Positions 34,662 through 42,881 of a stretch of 64,000 bases of DNA are shown piece by piece; positions within the stretch are counted from its first letter, which is position 1; the number at the start of each line of letters is the position of its first letter. The position numbers and the translations under genes were made by a program. The stretch is from Deltaproteobacteria bacterium (lineage in GTDB: Bacteria; Myxococcota_A; Polyangia; Polyangiales; Polyangiaceae), in contig JACRCQ010000006.1 in the NCBI GenBank assembly GCA_016218915.1, forward strand, positions 114,964-178,963, in the 5' to 3' direction. The notes beneath the pieces were generated by a model, which was not told the DNA's origin, ran no database searches, and saw only the letters and a list, made by a program, of their open reading frames with translations.

Positions 34662-35615
34662 ATGGCCCAACTCCGGGATCCGAGCGGGCGATTCCTCAAT
34701 CTCGATGGATCGATTCCCAACGATTTGTCGTCGGTGCTGCGCTGGGCGGTCGTCGACTCGATCGCAGGGCGTCGGCGCAAGTCGCCGCGTCGCGCTGCTG
34801 TTCCGCAGGTCTCCACGGACCCGGCCCTGCTGCGCGAACCGCCCGCTTCAGGGCAACCTGCCCGCCTCACCTGGCTCGGCCACGCTTCGTGGCTCGTGCA
34901 GCTCGATGGCGTATCGCTGCTGATCGACCCGTACCTGTCTGCGCGGGGACCGGGGTTTTCGCCGCGCAACGCAGCGGTCCCTGTGCGGCTCGAGGACCTT
35001 CCACCCGTCGATGCACAGCTGGTGTCCCACAATCACTATGACCACATGGACCTTCCAACGCTGGTTGGCGTGCGGTCTCGGGTGATCGCCGGATTGGGGA
35101 TGGCGCCGTCGCTGTCCGCGGCCGGGCTGCAGTGCACCGAGCTCGTCTGGTGGGACAAGGTCGAGATCGGGGCGGTCACGGTAGCGTTCGTGCCTTCGCA
35201 GCACTGGAGCCGGCGAGGCGCATTCGACGGCAATCGTACGCTGTGGGGAGGGTTCGTGATCCAGGGTTCGACGACGCTCTACCACGCAGGAGACACGGCA
35301 AAGTTTGAAGGCTTTCAGGAGATTGGGCGCCGTTTTCCTGGGATCGACGCGGCGATGCTCCCCATAGGCGCTTATGATCCGGCCTGGTTCATGGAGCGCC
35401 AGCACATGAACCCGGAGCAGGCAGTCCAGGCTTTCGTCGATGTCGGTGCGCGCCACTTTCTGGCCATGCACTGGGGCACATTCAAGCTGACCGACGAGCC
35501 GCTCGACGAACCCCCGATTCGCTTGCAGGCAGAGTGGGAGCGCCGGGGATTGGACCGTAAGCGACTGCAGATTCCAGCAGTGGGAGAGGCGGTGTCTATC
35601 TCCCCGCAGGCATGA
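34662..35615 (+). CDS. MBL-fold metallo-hydrolase (NAPE-PLD-like subfamily)
   Basis: ORF 34251..35615 trimmed to MAQLRDPSGRF. LTWLGHASWLVQLDGVSLLIDPYL, VSHNHYDHMD and LYHAGDT motifs. Confidence 0.82.
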   Translation: MAQLRDPSGRFLNLDGSIPNDLSSVLRWAVVDSIAGRRRKSPRRAAVPQVSTDPALLREPPASGQPARLTWLGHASWLVQLDGVSLLIDPYLSARGPGFSPRNAAVPVRLEDLPPVDAQLVSHNHYDHMDLPTLVGVRSRVIAGLGMAPSLSAAGLQCTELVWWDKVEIGAVTVAFVPSQHWSRRGAFDGNRTLWGGFVIQGSTTLYHAGDTAKFEGFQEIGRRFPGIDAAMLPIGAYDPAWFMERQHMNPEQAVQAFVDVGARHFLAMHWGTFKLTDEPLDEPPIRLQAEWERRGLDRKRLQIPAVGEAVSISPQA

Positions 35616-36279
35616 GGGCCTTGGCCCAGGCCGTCATGGATCGGATCAGGGCCGCCCCGGTCTCGTCATCGTGCCCAAGCTCGTTTCCGTAGTTTAGGAA
35701 CAGTCCGTCGGGACGAAGGAACCACATCCGGCGGCATGCCTCGTCGAGCTGCAACAACAGCTGACGCTTGCGCCCATCGAGGTAGGTGCGCGCAGCGTTG
35801 GCGTCGCGCGAGTTGACGACGAAGCGGGGGTCAAAGACCGGGTCGCCTGTCAGGACCTCGGGCTCGTCATTCATGCAGCGCTGGTAGCCGCGTGTCGGAT
35901 AGACCTGGCAGCCGATGCCTGGGCCGAAGATGCGAAACCGGAACATCGCCCTGTTGGTCCCGTTTCGACCCGAAGTCCTCACGGTCACCGTGTCAATCTC
36001 GACACCCTCCAGCACGCCTTGCACCTTGTTGTCCACCACGGGCAGCCCGAGTTGATCGGCAATGGCCTTGCGCAAGGTGCGGGCGTGCATGCCCACGGTC
36101 ACCATCGACAAGATCCCACTCGGAACCATGTACACGAAGGCAGCGCCAGTCACGACGAGGAAGGACGGCGAGCGCATCACGACAGCCGCGATGATGCCTC
36201 CGAATGCGCCGAGCACCGAAGGGACGACCGTCACCAGAATCGCGAGCTGCGCAAGCCTTTTCCAACGCCAGTAGACCAT
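35596..36279 (-). CDS. hypothetical membrane protein
   Basis: ORF trimmed to M57 (MVYWRWKRLAQLAILVTVVPSVLGAFGGIIAAVV) with GGAAG upstream. Two or three TM spans, then a soluble domain. Its 3' end overlaps the convergent MBL gene by 20 nt. Confidence 0.6.
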   Translation of the reverse strand: MVYWRWKRLAQLAILVTVVPSVLGAFGGIIAAVVMRSPSFLVVTGAAFVYMVPSGILSMVTVGMHARTLRKAIADQLGLPVVDNKVQGVLEGVEIDTVTVRTSGRNGTNRAMFRFRIFGPGIGCQVYPTRGYQRCMNDEPEVLTGDPVFDPRFVVNSRDANAARTYLDGRKRQLLLQLDEACRRMWFLRPDGLFLNYGNELGHDDETGAALIRSMTAWAKALMPAGR

Positions 36280-36457
36280 GGGTGCTTCCGATCCTGATAT
36301 CCGCTGCCTCTGGAGAGGCGATAATGCAGCGACTCGACACCGGCAGTCAACCAGGGCCCGATCGATGCAGGCAACCCGACCACGCATGGTGGATGCGGGC
36401 CAGCGCGAGGTGTACCATGAGGGCGTCTGCTGCGAGTCCGGACCCAACGGTGGATCG

Positions 36458-38068
36458 ATGCTGAGCGAGCACCTGAGAATTGCTGCGATCGTGGTCAGCT
36501 CCGTGCCGTTGTTCGTTCTGGGCGCTTGCGAAGCTCACAAGCCTGCGGCCCGCACCCGTCCCCTCACGCTGACCTCCCCCGCCCTTCCTGCCCCGACGCC
36601 TTCTTCCCAGGCGTGCGTGGCGCCAGCCGCTTCCGGCAAGACAGCGGAGACCCCGGACAGATACCCGGAACTACCTCGACTGCAGGGCGCTCATCTTGGG
36701 AGTTTCGCCGACTACGAGCGCGACCTGTGGACCGTCGACGAGTACCTGGGCATTTTCGACGTGACAACCGGCGACAATCGCCTGGTGGTGCGGGACCCAG
36801 AAGGGGAGCCGATTGTCTGCGCCCGCACGACCAGGACGAGGGGCCTCATCCTGGCCGTTGGATCAAACGGCACGCGGAATGTCTGGAACGACAAGGGAGT
36901 ATTGATCGAGCACCGCAAGAAAAGGAGACCTGTATGCAAAGAGACCGCTGATCCCGATGATGAGCGCTCGCGGTGCCTATACGGTCTGCCCGCTTTGCTT
37001 GAGGATGACTCGGGTCGTCGCGCAGTAGCCTGGTTGCGGGGCGATTGGGGCCCGGGGTTGACATTCTATGATGCTGACAAGGGCACTTTCTGGGAGCTAC
37101 CTGCGCCGACGGCTTCCTCCTACTTCGAGACAGCCTTAATGAGTCCGCGAGGCGACGCAGTCGCGTACTGGTCGACCCCTCGAGAGGTCACGGTCATGGA
37201 CACCAGGACGCGTACCCCCCGATTCCGACTGCCCGTTGGCAGGTTCGATTGGGGAAGGAGCGGGAGAACGATCACATTCGAGCCAATCGATCGAGACGGT
37301 GAGCCAATCGGCCCGAAGCAGGTTCTCGACGCAATGACAGGAGCGGTTCTACCGGGGAAAGTACCTGCCACAAACGTCGGCCCAACCGGAAAGTACGGCC
37401 TGATCACCCTTCCGAACGTGATGGGCCCCGTGGTCGTGGACATGACAACAGGACAGACGATCTCCGGGCTGATGGGTGGTCTCAGTTGCGGTGGATATGC
37501 CAGCGTTTGGGCTGGGGACAGGGTTGCGGTAGCTATGGGAGAGTGGCTGTCGTTCTGGTCTCCGCAATCGGGGGTCCAGGTCGAGCAGACTCCTGACGGT
37601 TGCGAGATGACTGGCTTTGGCCTCTCGCATGATGGGAGCAAGCTCGTCTCCCAGATGTCCGTGTGGGACTTTGCATCTGGGACCCGGCTCAGAGAGCTTG
37701 CGAAGCCCGAATCTCCCGAACTGAACCAACTCGTGTACGATAGCTGGAGTCCAGGAGATCGATACCTGCTCGGGAGGAGCATCTGGCGCGTGAGCGACGG
37801 TAAAATCGAGCGTATTCCCAGGCTAAACTCCCCTCGCTGGGCCGGAAGCGATGACCTGTTGTTCGGTGGGCTCAGCGCCAATCACACGAACGTCGGCGGA
37901 TTCGAGCGGGTGTCCACCAAGGAGATCGCGTGGATCCTTCCCGCAAGAGCCGAAGGCTCTGCGCCGACGATGATCGCTTTTCAGGACGACAACTGTCTGG
38001 ACGGCTGGCCGCCACCCGAGCGGTGGCACAGCTGTCCGGGCATTCTCAAGAAGATTTTCAGGAAGTAG
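36458..38068 (+). CDS. hypothetical lipoprotein, probably beta-propeller-like
   Basis: ORF 36278..38068 trimmed to MLSEHLRIAAIVVSSVPLFVLGAC. Repeated strand-like segments with W/D/G-rich turns. GC is noticeably lower than in neighbouring genes. Confidence 0.65.
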   Translation: MLSEHLRIAAIVVSSVPLFVLGACEAHKPAARTRPLTLTSPALPAPTPSSQACVAPAASGKTAETPDRYPELPRLQGAHLGSFADYERDLWTVDEYLGIFDVTTGDNRLVVRDPEGEPIVCARTTRTRGLILAVGSNGTRNVWNDKGVLIEHRKKRRPVCKETADPDDERSRCLYGLPALLEDDSGRRAVAWLRGDWGPGLTFYDADKGTFWELPAPTASSYFETALMSPRGDAVAYWSTPREVTVMDTRTRTPRFRLPVGRFDWGRSGRTITFEPIDRDGEPIGPKQVLDAMTGAVLPGKVPATNVGPTGKYGLITLPNVMGPVVVDMTTGQTISGLMGGLSCGGYASVWAGDRVAVAMGEWLSFWSPQSGVQVEQTPDGCEMTGFGLSHDGSKLVSQMSVWDFASGTRLRELAKPESPELNQLVYDSWSPGDRYLLGRSIWRVSDGKIERIPRLNSPRWAGSDDLLFGGLSANHTNVGGFERVSTKEIAWILPARAEGSAPTMIAFQDDNCLDGWPPPERWHSCPGILKKIFRK

Positions 38069-38081
38069 ACCGGGTCGGGCA

Positions 38082-38214
38082 GGGAACTAGCAACATGCAA
38101 CAATGGAACACCGGAATTGGAAATGAGAACCGGGCTTCGCGGGCATGCCCCGTTGCCTGGAATCCGACATTCCGTCGTTCGCGTCCGAATTCCCGTGTTA
38201 CCTGTTGCTAGTTG
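38082..38214. repeat. AACTAGCAAC-family repeat, copy 3 (full imperfect palindrome)
   Basis: GGGAACTAGCAACATG ... central perfect palindrome GGGCATGCCC ... CTGTTGCTAGTTG. Fills the 161-nt gap between convergent genes. Much lower GC than the flanks. Confidence 0.6.
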
Positions 38215-38229
38215 TCTTGCCTATGCGGC

Positions 38230-40287
38230 CTACTCGTGCGTCCCGACCGTGACCGGCGTCAGGCTCCAGCGGAAGTTGTCGAGCAGCACCAGCGTGTCCA
38301 GGATGTGATCCCCGACGTCGAAGACCACGAGCTCCAGCGTCATCAGCTCGCCCGGCACGATCGGTGCGTCGGTGGTCAGCCACTCCGTGGCCCCGCCGTT
38401 GACCGTCTCGAACCCGGTCCCGAGCAGGGAGCCGGTGCCGTTCGGGCAGGTGCCGCAGTTCTTCCCATTGGGCGCGCAGTCCTGGAAGAACCCGTTGTTC
38501 ACCGATACCGGGTTGTTCAACGAGTCAAAGGAGATGTTGTGGTCCGCTGGAATGCCCGCTGCCCCGGTGGTCAGCATGGCAAGGAAGTAGTCGTTGTACT
38601 GCGTGCATTGGTACGTGTAGTACTCGGCCGAGAAGAACCGGAAGTCGTAGGAGAACCCCTGGGCATTGGTCGGCACGCGAATCTGCAGCCGGATGTTCGC
38701 CGAGTCGTAGGCGCCTGTGCCCACGGCGCAGGTCGTGGCTCCGCAGTGGCCGGGCAGCAGCGCGCCGCTGTGCGCGCCCACGTAGGTCGAAATCGGCGGG
38801 GCGCCAGGGAACGTAATCGACGTGGTCAGGGACGTGCCGGAAACCGGGCTCACCCATCCCGGGTCGTTGGAGTCGCGTGCCATTCCCGACGAGATGATCG
38901 CGAGCGTGGCGTTCTTCTTGGGCACCACACCTCCGGTGCCAAAAGCGGTGGTCACGGCGGTCTGCTTGTTCTGCAGATCCGACAATGCCGTCGCGTTCGG
39001 CGTCGATCCATCCGCCAGCAGCTGCTGCGCCGAGATCACGCCCCACTTCTTCTGCGGCAGCGGCGGATTGGCCGTGGTGAACTGGCACAAGTCCATCGCG
39101 TTCGCCACGTCGGTGCCCGTGACCCCCGCGAACTTCGCAGCTCCGCTGCAGGTCGTGGGGCCCACGTTGTCAACCGTTCCGTCGCAGTCGTTGTCCACCA
39201 GGTCCCCTGCCACTTCAATCGCGCCCGGGTTGACGATCGCAGGATTGCTCGCGCATAGCGTGGTCTCGCAGCAATCCCCCTGACACCGCGTCCACCCATC
39301 GCCATCCGTGTCCAGCACGTCATCCACCACGCCGTTGCAGTCGTCGTCGATTCCGTTGTTGCAGATCTCGATGATCGGCAGCACTTCGTTTTCGCACAAT
39401 CCCCAACCTGTGCCCTGGGCAATGCAGGTCACCGTGCCCCCATGACAGGGGCCGACACCTTCGGTCCCAGGCCCTCCTTCGTAGCAGGGCTGCGTGGTGC
39501 CAGGCGGGCACACGCACACTCCGTTGGACACGTCGTTCTCGCAGCCGTTGGCCGGCGAGAGGTCGCAATCCGAATATCCCGCATCGCACGTCAAGCCGCA
39601 GACCGACGCTGTGCAGGATGCCGAGGCATGGGGCGCACCTGGGCACACGGTGCCGCACGCCGCGCAGTTGTTCGGGTCGCTGGCCAGGTTCACGCACGTC
39701 GATCCACAGCAAGTCTCGGAATTCGCGCACGGATGCTGCTGCGTGCAGCCCGCAACGCAGGCGCCCGACACGCACACCGACCCGGCCGGGCAGTGGTCGT
39801 CAATCAAGCACCCCGTGCACTTGTGCGTGGTGAGGTCGCAGTACATCACCGCAGCATCGGACGCGCACGCGGTATCGCTAGCGCAGCCCGTGGCGCACGT
39901 GTTGGTCGCCGGGTCGCAGTACTTGCCGCTGCCGCACGTGTCGTCGGTCGGCAGACACCCGACGCACTTGCCGGTGGACGTGTTGCACACCGGATTGGCA
40001 GGGTCGGCCTGGCACTCGGTGTTGGACGTGCAAGCCTTGGCGTCTTGCAGCGTCCCGTCAGTGCTCGCATCCCCTCCAGTGCCCGCGCTCGAACCGTCAG
40101 GTGAAGCGTCCGGCGTTCCTCCGTCCTTGGTGGTTCCCGCAGCCCCGGCATTGCCACCTTTGCCCGCGCTTCCGGCCCCGCCCCCTTGTCCGCCGCCTGG
40201 AAACACGTTGGCGTCGCCGCCACCGCAGGACGGCAAGGCAGCGCAGACGAGTGCGGACACGACGAACAACGAGCTGAGACGTTTCAT
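38230..40287 (-). CDS. multi-domain Cys-rich lipoprotein (MopE-like metal-binding motifs plus choice-of-anchor-L-like C-terminal domain)
   Basis: Trimmed to M12 (MKRLSSLFVVSALVCAALPSCGG) with AGGAGAG Shine-Dalgarno. Cys knots (CTSNTECQADPANPVC..). CNNGIDDDCNGVVDD..DGDGW and DNDCDGTVDN motifs. C-terminal FSYDFRFFSAEYYTYQCTQYNDYFLAML resembles choice-of-anchor L. Confidence 0.82.
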   Translation of the reverse strand: MKRLSSLFVVSALVCAALPSCGGGDANVFPGGGQGGGAGSAGKGGNAGAAGTTKDGGTPDASPDGSSAGTGGDASTDGTLQDAKACTSNTECQADPANPVCNTSTGKCVGCLPTDDTCGSGKYCDPATNTCATGCASDTACASDAAVMYCDLTTHKCTGCLIDDHCPAGSVCVSGACVAGCTQQHPCANSETCCGSTCVNLASDPNNCAACGTVCPGAPHASASCTASVCGLTCDAGYSDCDLSPANGCENDVSNGVCVCPPGTTQPCYEGGPGTEGVGPCHGGTVTCIAQGTGWGLCENEVLPIIEICNNGIDDDCNGVVDDVLDTDGDGWTRCQGDCCETTLCASNPAIVNPGAIEVAGDLVDNDCDGTVDNVGPTTCSGAAKFAGVTGTDVANAMDLCQFTTANPPLPQKKWGVISAQQLLADGSTPNATALSDLQNKQTAVTTAFGTGGVVPKKNATLAIISSGMARDSNDPGWVSPVSGTSLTTSITFPGAPPISTYVGAHSGALLPGHCGATTCAVGTGAYDSANIRLQIRVPTNAQGFSYDFRFFSAEYYTYQCTQYNDYFLAMLTTGAAGIPADHNISFDSLNNPVSVNNGFFQDCAPNGKNCGTCPNGTGSLLGTGFETVNGGATEWLTTDAPIVPGELMTLELVVFDVGDHILDTLVLLDNFRWSLTPVTVGTHE

Positions 40288-40397
40288 GGGAGCTCTCCTG
40301 GGACGCGAATGGAAGGACAATCATATCACCATGCCAAGGGCACCAGGGGAAGGATCGTGGAATTGCGACCCCGCGCTGATTGGCGTATTCCATTTCC

Positions 40398-41735
40398 ATG
40401 AGAGCCACCCTTCGTCTCCCGTGGATGATGCTCTGCGTTGTGGCCCAAGCCGGTTGCTCGTCGTCAACGCCGGACACGCCTCCGACCACCGTCGAATTCA
40501 AGGACGCGGCCACGGACGAGCTGGCATCGCCTGACGCGCAGGACACGGACGGGCAGATTCCAGAAGCCGAAGCTGGTCCGGTCCCGGAGCAGCACGGCCC
40601 GATGTTTGTCGCCCGCGCCGCGTCCGGGGAATTCGCCTCGTTTGCGCTGGAAGACGCGATCGTGGCAGCGGATGGCGCGATCGAGCTTCCCCAAGGAGCC
40701 GGCAAGCAGGGGACGGATCCGTACGGCTCCAAGGGTTGGAACGGCGGCAACTACTACAACGGCGGGGCCTACCGCTTCGGCCTGGCGCGCTCCGTGGAGT
40801 GGACCAGCGCCTCTGCCTTTGACGAGGTCGTACCTTCCTTTGAGGCAACCACGCCCGCAGGAAGCTGGATCGAGATCGATCTCGCGGTGCGCTCCGGCGG
40901 CGCATGGTCCAAGGACTACGTACTCGGGATCTGGGCCTCCTCGACCGACACGGTCCAACGCCACAGCGTGGACGGCCAGGATGATGCAACAGCCGCGGTA
41001 AGGACCGATACGCTCGCGCTCAAGAGCAAGGGCGATGCGCTCCGGCTGACCGTGCAGCTGTTCGCTGCAGAGCCGAATGCTGTTCCTCGCCTGCGTGCGC
41101 TCACTGCCATGGTCACCGACAAGGCCGCGCAGCAACCCGCCGATTCCCATACGCCAGCGGCTCGAGGAAAGATCCTCGACGTACCAGGGCGTTCTCAGCT
41201 CGCCTATCCTGAGGGCGGAGTCTGGTGCTCGCCAACGTCGTCGACCATGCTGATGCTCTACTGGGGAGCCAAGCTCGGCAATGCGGCTCTGGATGTCAAG
41301 GTGCCGGACACGGCAGCAGGGGTCTACGACTGGGTCTACGACGGCACTGGCAACTGGCCGTTCAACACCGCGCATATCTCGTCGATGGGTGATGGATTGC
41401 TGCATGGCATGATTTCTCGCGTTTCGTCGTTCGATCAGATTGAGCGATTGATCGCGGCTGACATCCCGGTTGCGATCAGCATCTCGTTCAGCGGGGGAGC
41501 CTTGACTGGGGCACCCGGGGCATCGACGGACGGGCATCTGATCGTGGTCCGTGGGTTCACGGAGCAGGGGGATGTGGTGTGCAACGATCCGTGGTTCTCC
41601 ACGGATGGGACGGTGCAGGTCACCTACAAGCGAGCGGAGCTCGAGAGCGCGTGGAGCCATTCGCGACGCACCACGTATGTTGCGTGGCCGGTGGGAAGCG
41701 CGCTGCCCAACGATCCGCTCGGAGCGCTCCGTTAG
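40398..41735 (+). CDS. peptidase C39-like (papain-fold) lipoprotein
   Basis: MRATLRLPWMMLCVVAQAGCSS lipobox (the ORF-track start at 40380 is an upstream TTG). GGVWCSPTSSTMLMLYWG gives a Cys nucleophile context. DGHLIVVRGF..VCNDP gives a His/Asp context. Confidence 0.78.
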   Translation: MRATLRLPWMMLCVVAQAGCSSSTPDTPPTTVEFKDAATDELASPDAQDTDGQIPEAEAGPVPEQHGPMFVARAASGEFASFALEDAIVAADGAIELPQGAGKQGTDPYGSKGWNGGNYYNGGAYRFGLARSVEWTSASAFDEVVPSFEATTPAGSWIEIDLAVRSGGAWSKDYVLGIWASSTDTVQRHSVDGQDDATAAVRTDTLALKSKGDALRLTVQLFAAEPNAVPRLRALTAMVTDKAAQQPADSHTPAARGKILDVPGRSQLAYPEGGVWCSPTSSTMLMLYWGAKLGNAALDVKVPDTAAGVYDWVYDGTGNWPFNTAHISSMGDGLLHGMISRVSSFDQIERLIAADIPVAISISFSGGALTGAPGASTDGHLIVVRGFTEQGDVVCNDPWFSTDGTVQVTYKRAELESAWSHSRRTTYVAWPVGSALPNDPLGALR

Positions 41736-41937
41736 AGCACCGTTCACGAGCGCAGGGGCCACGTCGTGGGTGCCCATGTGTGCCAGTCCTGCGCTGGCCT
41801 GTGTGCCAGCGACTGGGCAAGACGCGCGGATCGCGCGGAAATACTCGAGTCCGCAGGTGGGGCACGGTCCGTGCAGTGGCAACTCTGAAACCATACGAGA
41901 GCCGAGCCGTGTGCCATTGCACGCTGAGGACAACCTG

Positions 41938-42342
41938 ATGCGAACTTCCTTCCGTGGTGTGAGACAGCTTCTGTGGGGCCTGCTTCCGCTGTCTCTGGTT
42001 CCCGTGGGATGTGCCCTATCCGCCTGCAGCAGCTCGGATCCACCAGCCGAGCCCGTGGACTCAGGCGGCGAGGACCTGGATTCAGGCGTACCTGACTCCG
42101 ATGCCACGGTCTGCGACGTTGGCGTCTACTACGGCCCCATGCCTTGTATTTCGGACGAGCAATGCGAGTCGACCGGGCAAGGCACCTGGTGCGACAAGTC
42201 CCACACGTTCTCGGGCCCGTGCGGAGAGGTCTCCTGGCCCATCTGCAAGGGCACGCCCGAAGGCGGCAAAGATGGGGAAGCAGGCGGGCCCGACGCGGGC
42301 GAGGACGGGGAAGCAGGCACGCCCGAGGCGGGCGAAGACTAG
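41938..42342 (+). CDS. small acidic Cys-containing lipoprotein
   Basis: ORF 41551..42342 trimmed to the ATG at 41938 with a GAGGA Shine-Dalgarno 8 nt upstream. MRTSFRGVRQLLWGLLPLSLVPVGCALSAC. C-terminal GEDGEAG repeats. Confidence 0.65.
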   Translation: MRTSFRGVRQLLWGLLPLSLVPVGCALSACSSSDPPAEPVDSGGEDLDSGVPDSDATVCDVGVYYGPMPCISDEQCESTGQGTWCDKSHTFSGPCGEVSWPICKGTPEGGKDGEAGGPDAGEDGEAGTPEAGED

Positions 42343-42450
42343 GCGACGGGCCCAAGGCCGACGCCTGGGCGGCATCAACATCGCAGGCCCCTTCCTCCTT
42401 CGTCCCTCCCCCCCGCGCCCTCGGCCCTGCGCCCTCGGCCGTATGCCGAT

Positions 42451-42480
42451 CCGCGCAGAGAGCCGAAGCCCTCTGCGCGG
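42451..42480. terminator. GC-rich hairpin between convergent genes
   Basis: CCGCGCAGAG-agccgaagcc-CTCTGCGCGG, a perfect 10-bp stem. It lies 109 nt after the plus-strand stop and 10 nt after the minus-strand stop. Confidence 0.5.
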
Positions 42481-42489
42481 CGACTTGGA

Positions 42490-42837
42490 TCAGCGGGCAA
42501 GGGGCGTGAGCATCGCGTTGAGCCGGCTGCCGAGCAGGTGCACGGCCAGGAGCTGATCGTCGGAGCAGCCGCCCAGGCCGTTGTCGATCTCCACGGCTGC
42601 GATGGCTTCGCATAGCTCGCCCAGGGCGATGCCGTAGCAGCGATGCTTGTCGCATCGGCTGCGGCGTCCCGATCCCTCGGCCAGATTGCGCGCGCACGAG
42701 CCCGCGCTGGCTCTCGCGTGCTTGCGCATCTCGGCGTCCTGGATTCGCGTCGAGTGAATTAGTCGCACGAAGTCGAGTGCGACCTGATAGGCCTGAAGCC
42801 TGTGATGCGGGAAGGGTGCGAAGCTGTTGCCGTCCAT
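42490..42837 (-). CDS. four-helix-bundle protein (23S rRNA intervening-sequence protein / Avd-like family)
   Basis: ORF 42490..42996 trimmed to M54 with an AAAGGAGA Shine-Dalgarno. HHRLQAYQVALDFVRLIH..ASAGSCARNLAEGSGRRS..DKHRCYGIALGELCE follows the family pattern (..A..i..NIAEG.gr.s..d..rf...A.GS..E). Confidence 0.78.
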   Translation of the reverse strand: MDGNSFAPFPHHRLQAYQVALDFVRLIHSTRIQDAEMRKHARASAGSCARNLAEGSGRRSRCDKHRCYGIALGELCEAIAAVEIDNGLGGCSDDQLLAVHLLGSRLNAMLTPLAR

Positions 42838-42881
42838 GCCAGTCTCCTTTCGCGCAGTGCAAAGAGACTGGCATGGACGGC
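42829..42881. promoter_or_regulatory. 18-bp perfect inverted repeat covering the start codon of the four-helix-bundle gene
   Basis: Left arm GCCGTCCATGCCAGTCTC (42829-42846), 17-nt loop, right arm GAGACTGGCATGGACGGC (42864-42881). On the minus-strand mRNA, the ATG and the 9 nt before it would be base-paired. Confidence 0.6.

Noticed and set aside
32357-35032. N-terminal ~890 codons of the 1227-aa minus-strand ORF 31349..35032
   Set aside because: This part is antisense to three plus-strand genes with clear signatures (lipobox plus Pcp motifs, TM protein, HxHxDH hydrolase). Only the last 335 codons, from the lipobox-bearing Met, look real.
41776-41922. Three GTGTGCCA(G/T) repeats, considered as sigma-54 promoters
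   Set aside because: TGGCAC would be on the minus strand, pointing into the 3' end of a plus-strand gene, and no proper TTGC -12 element follows. They may be regulator sites, but the evidence is too thin.
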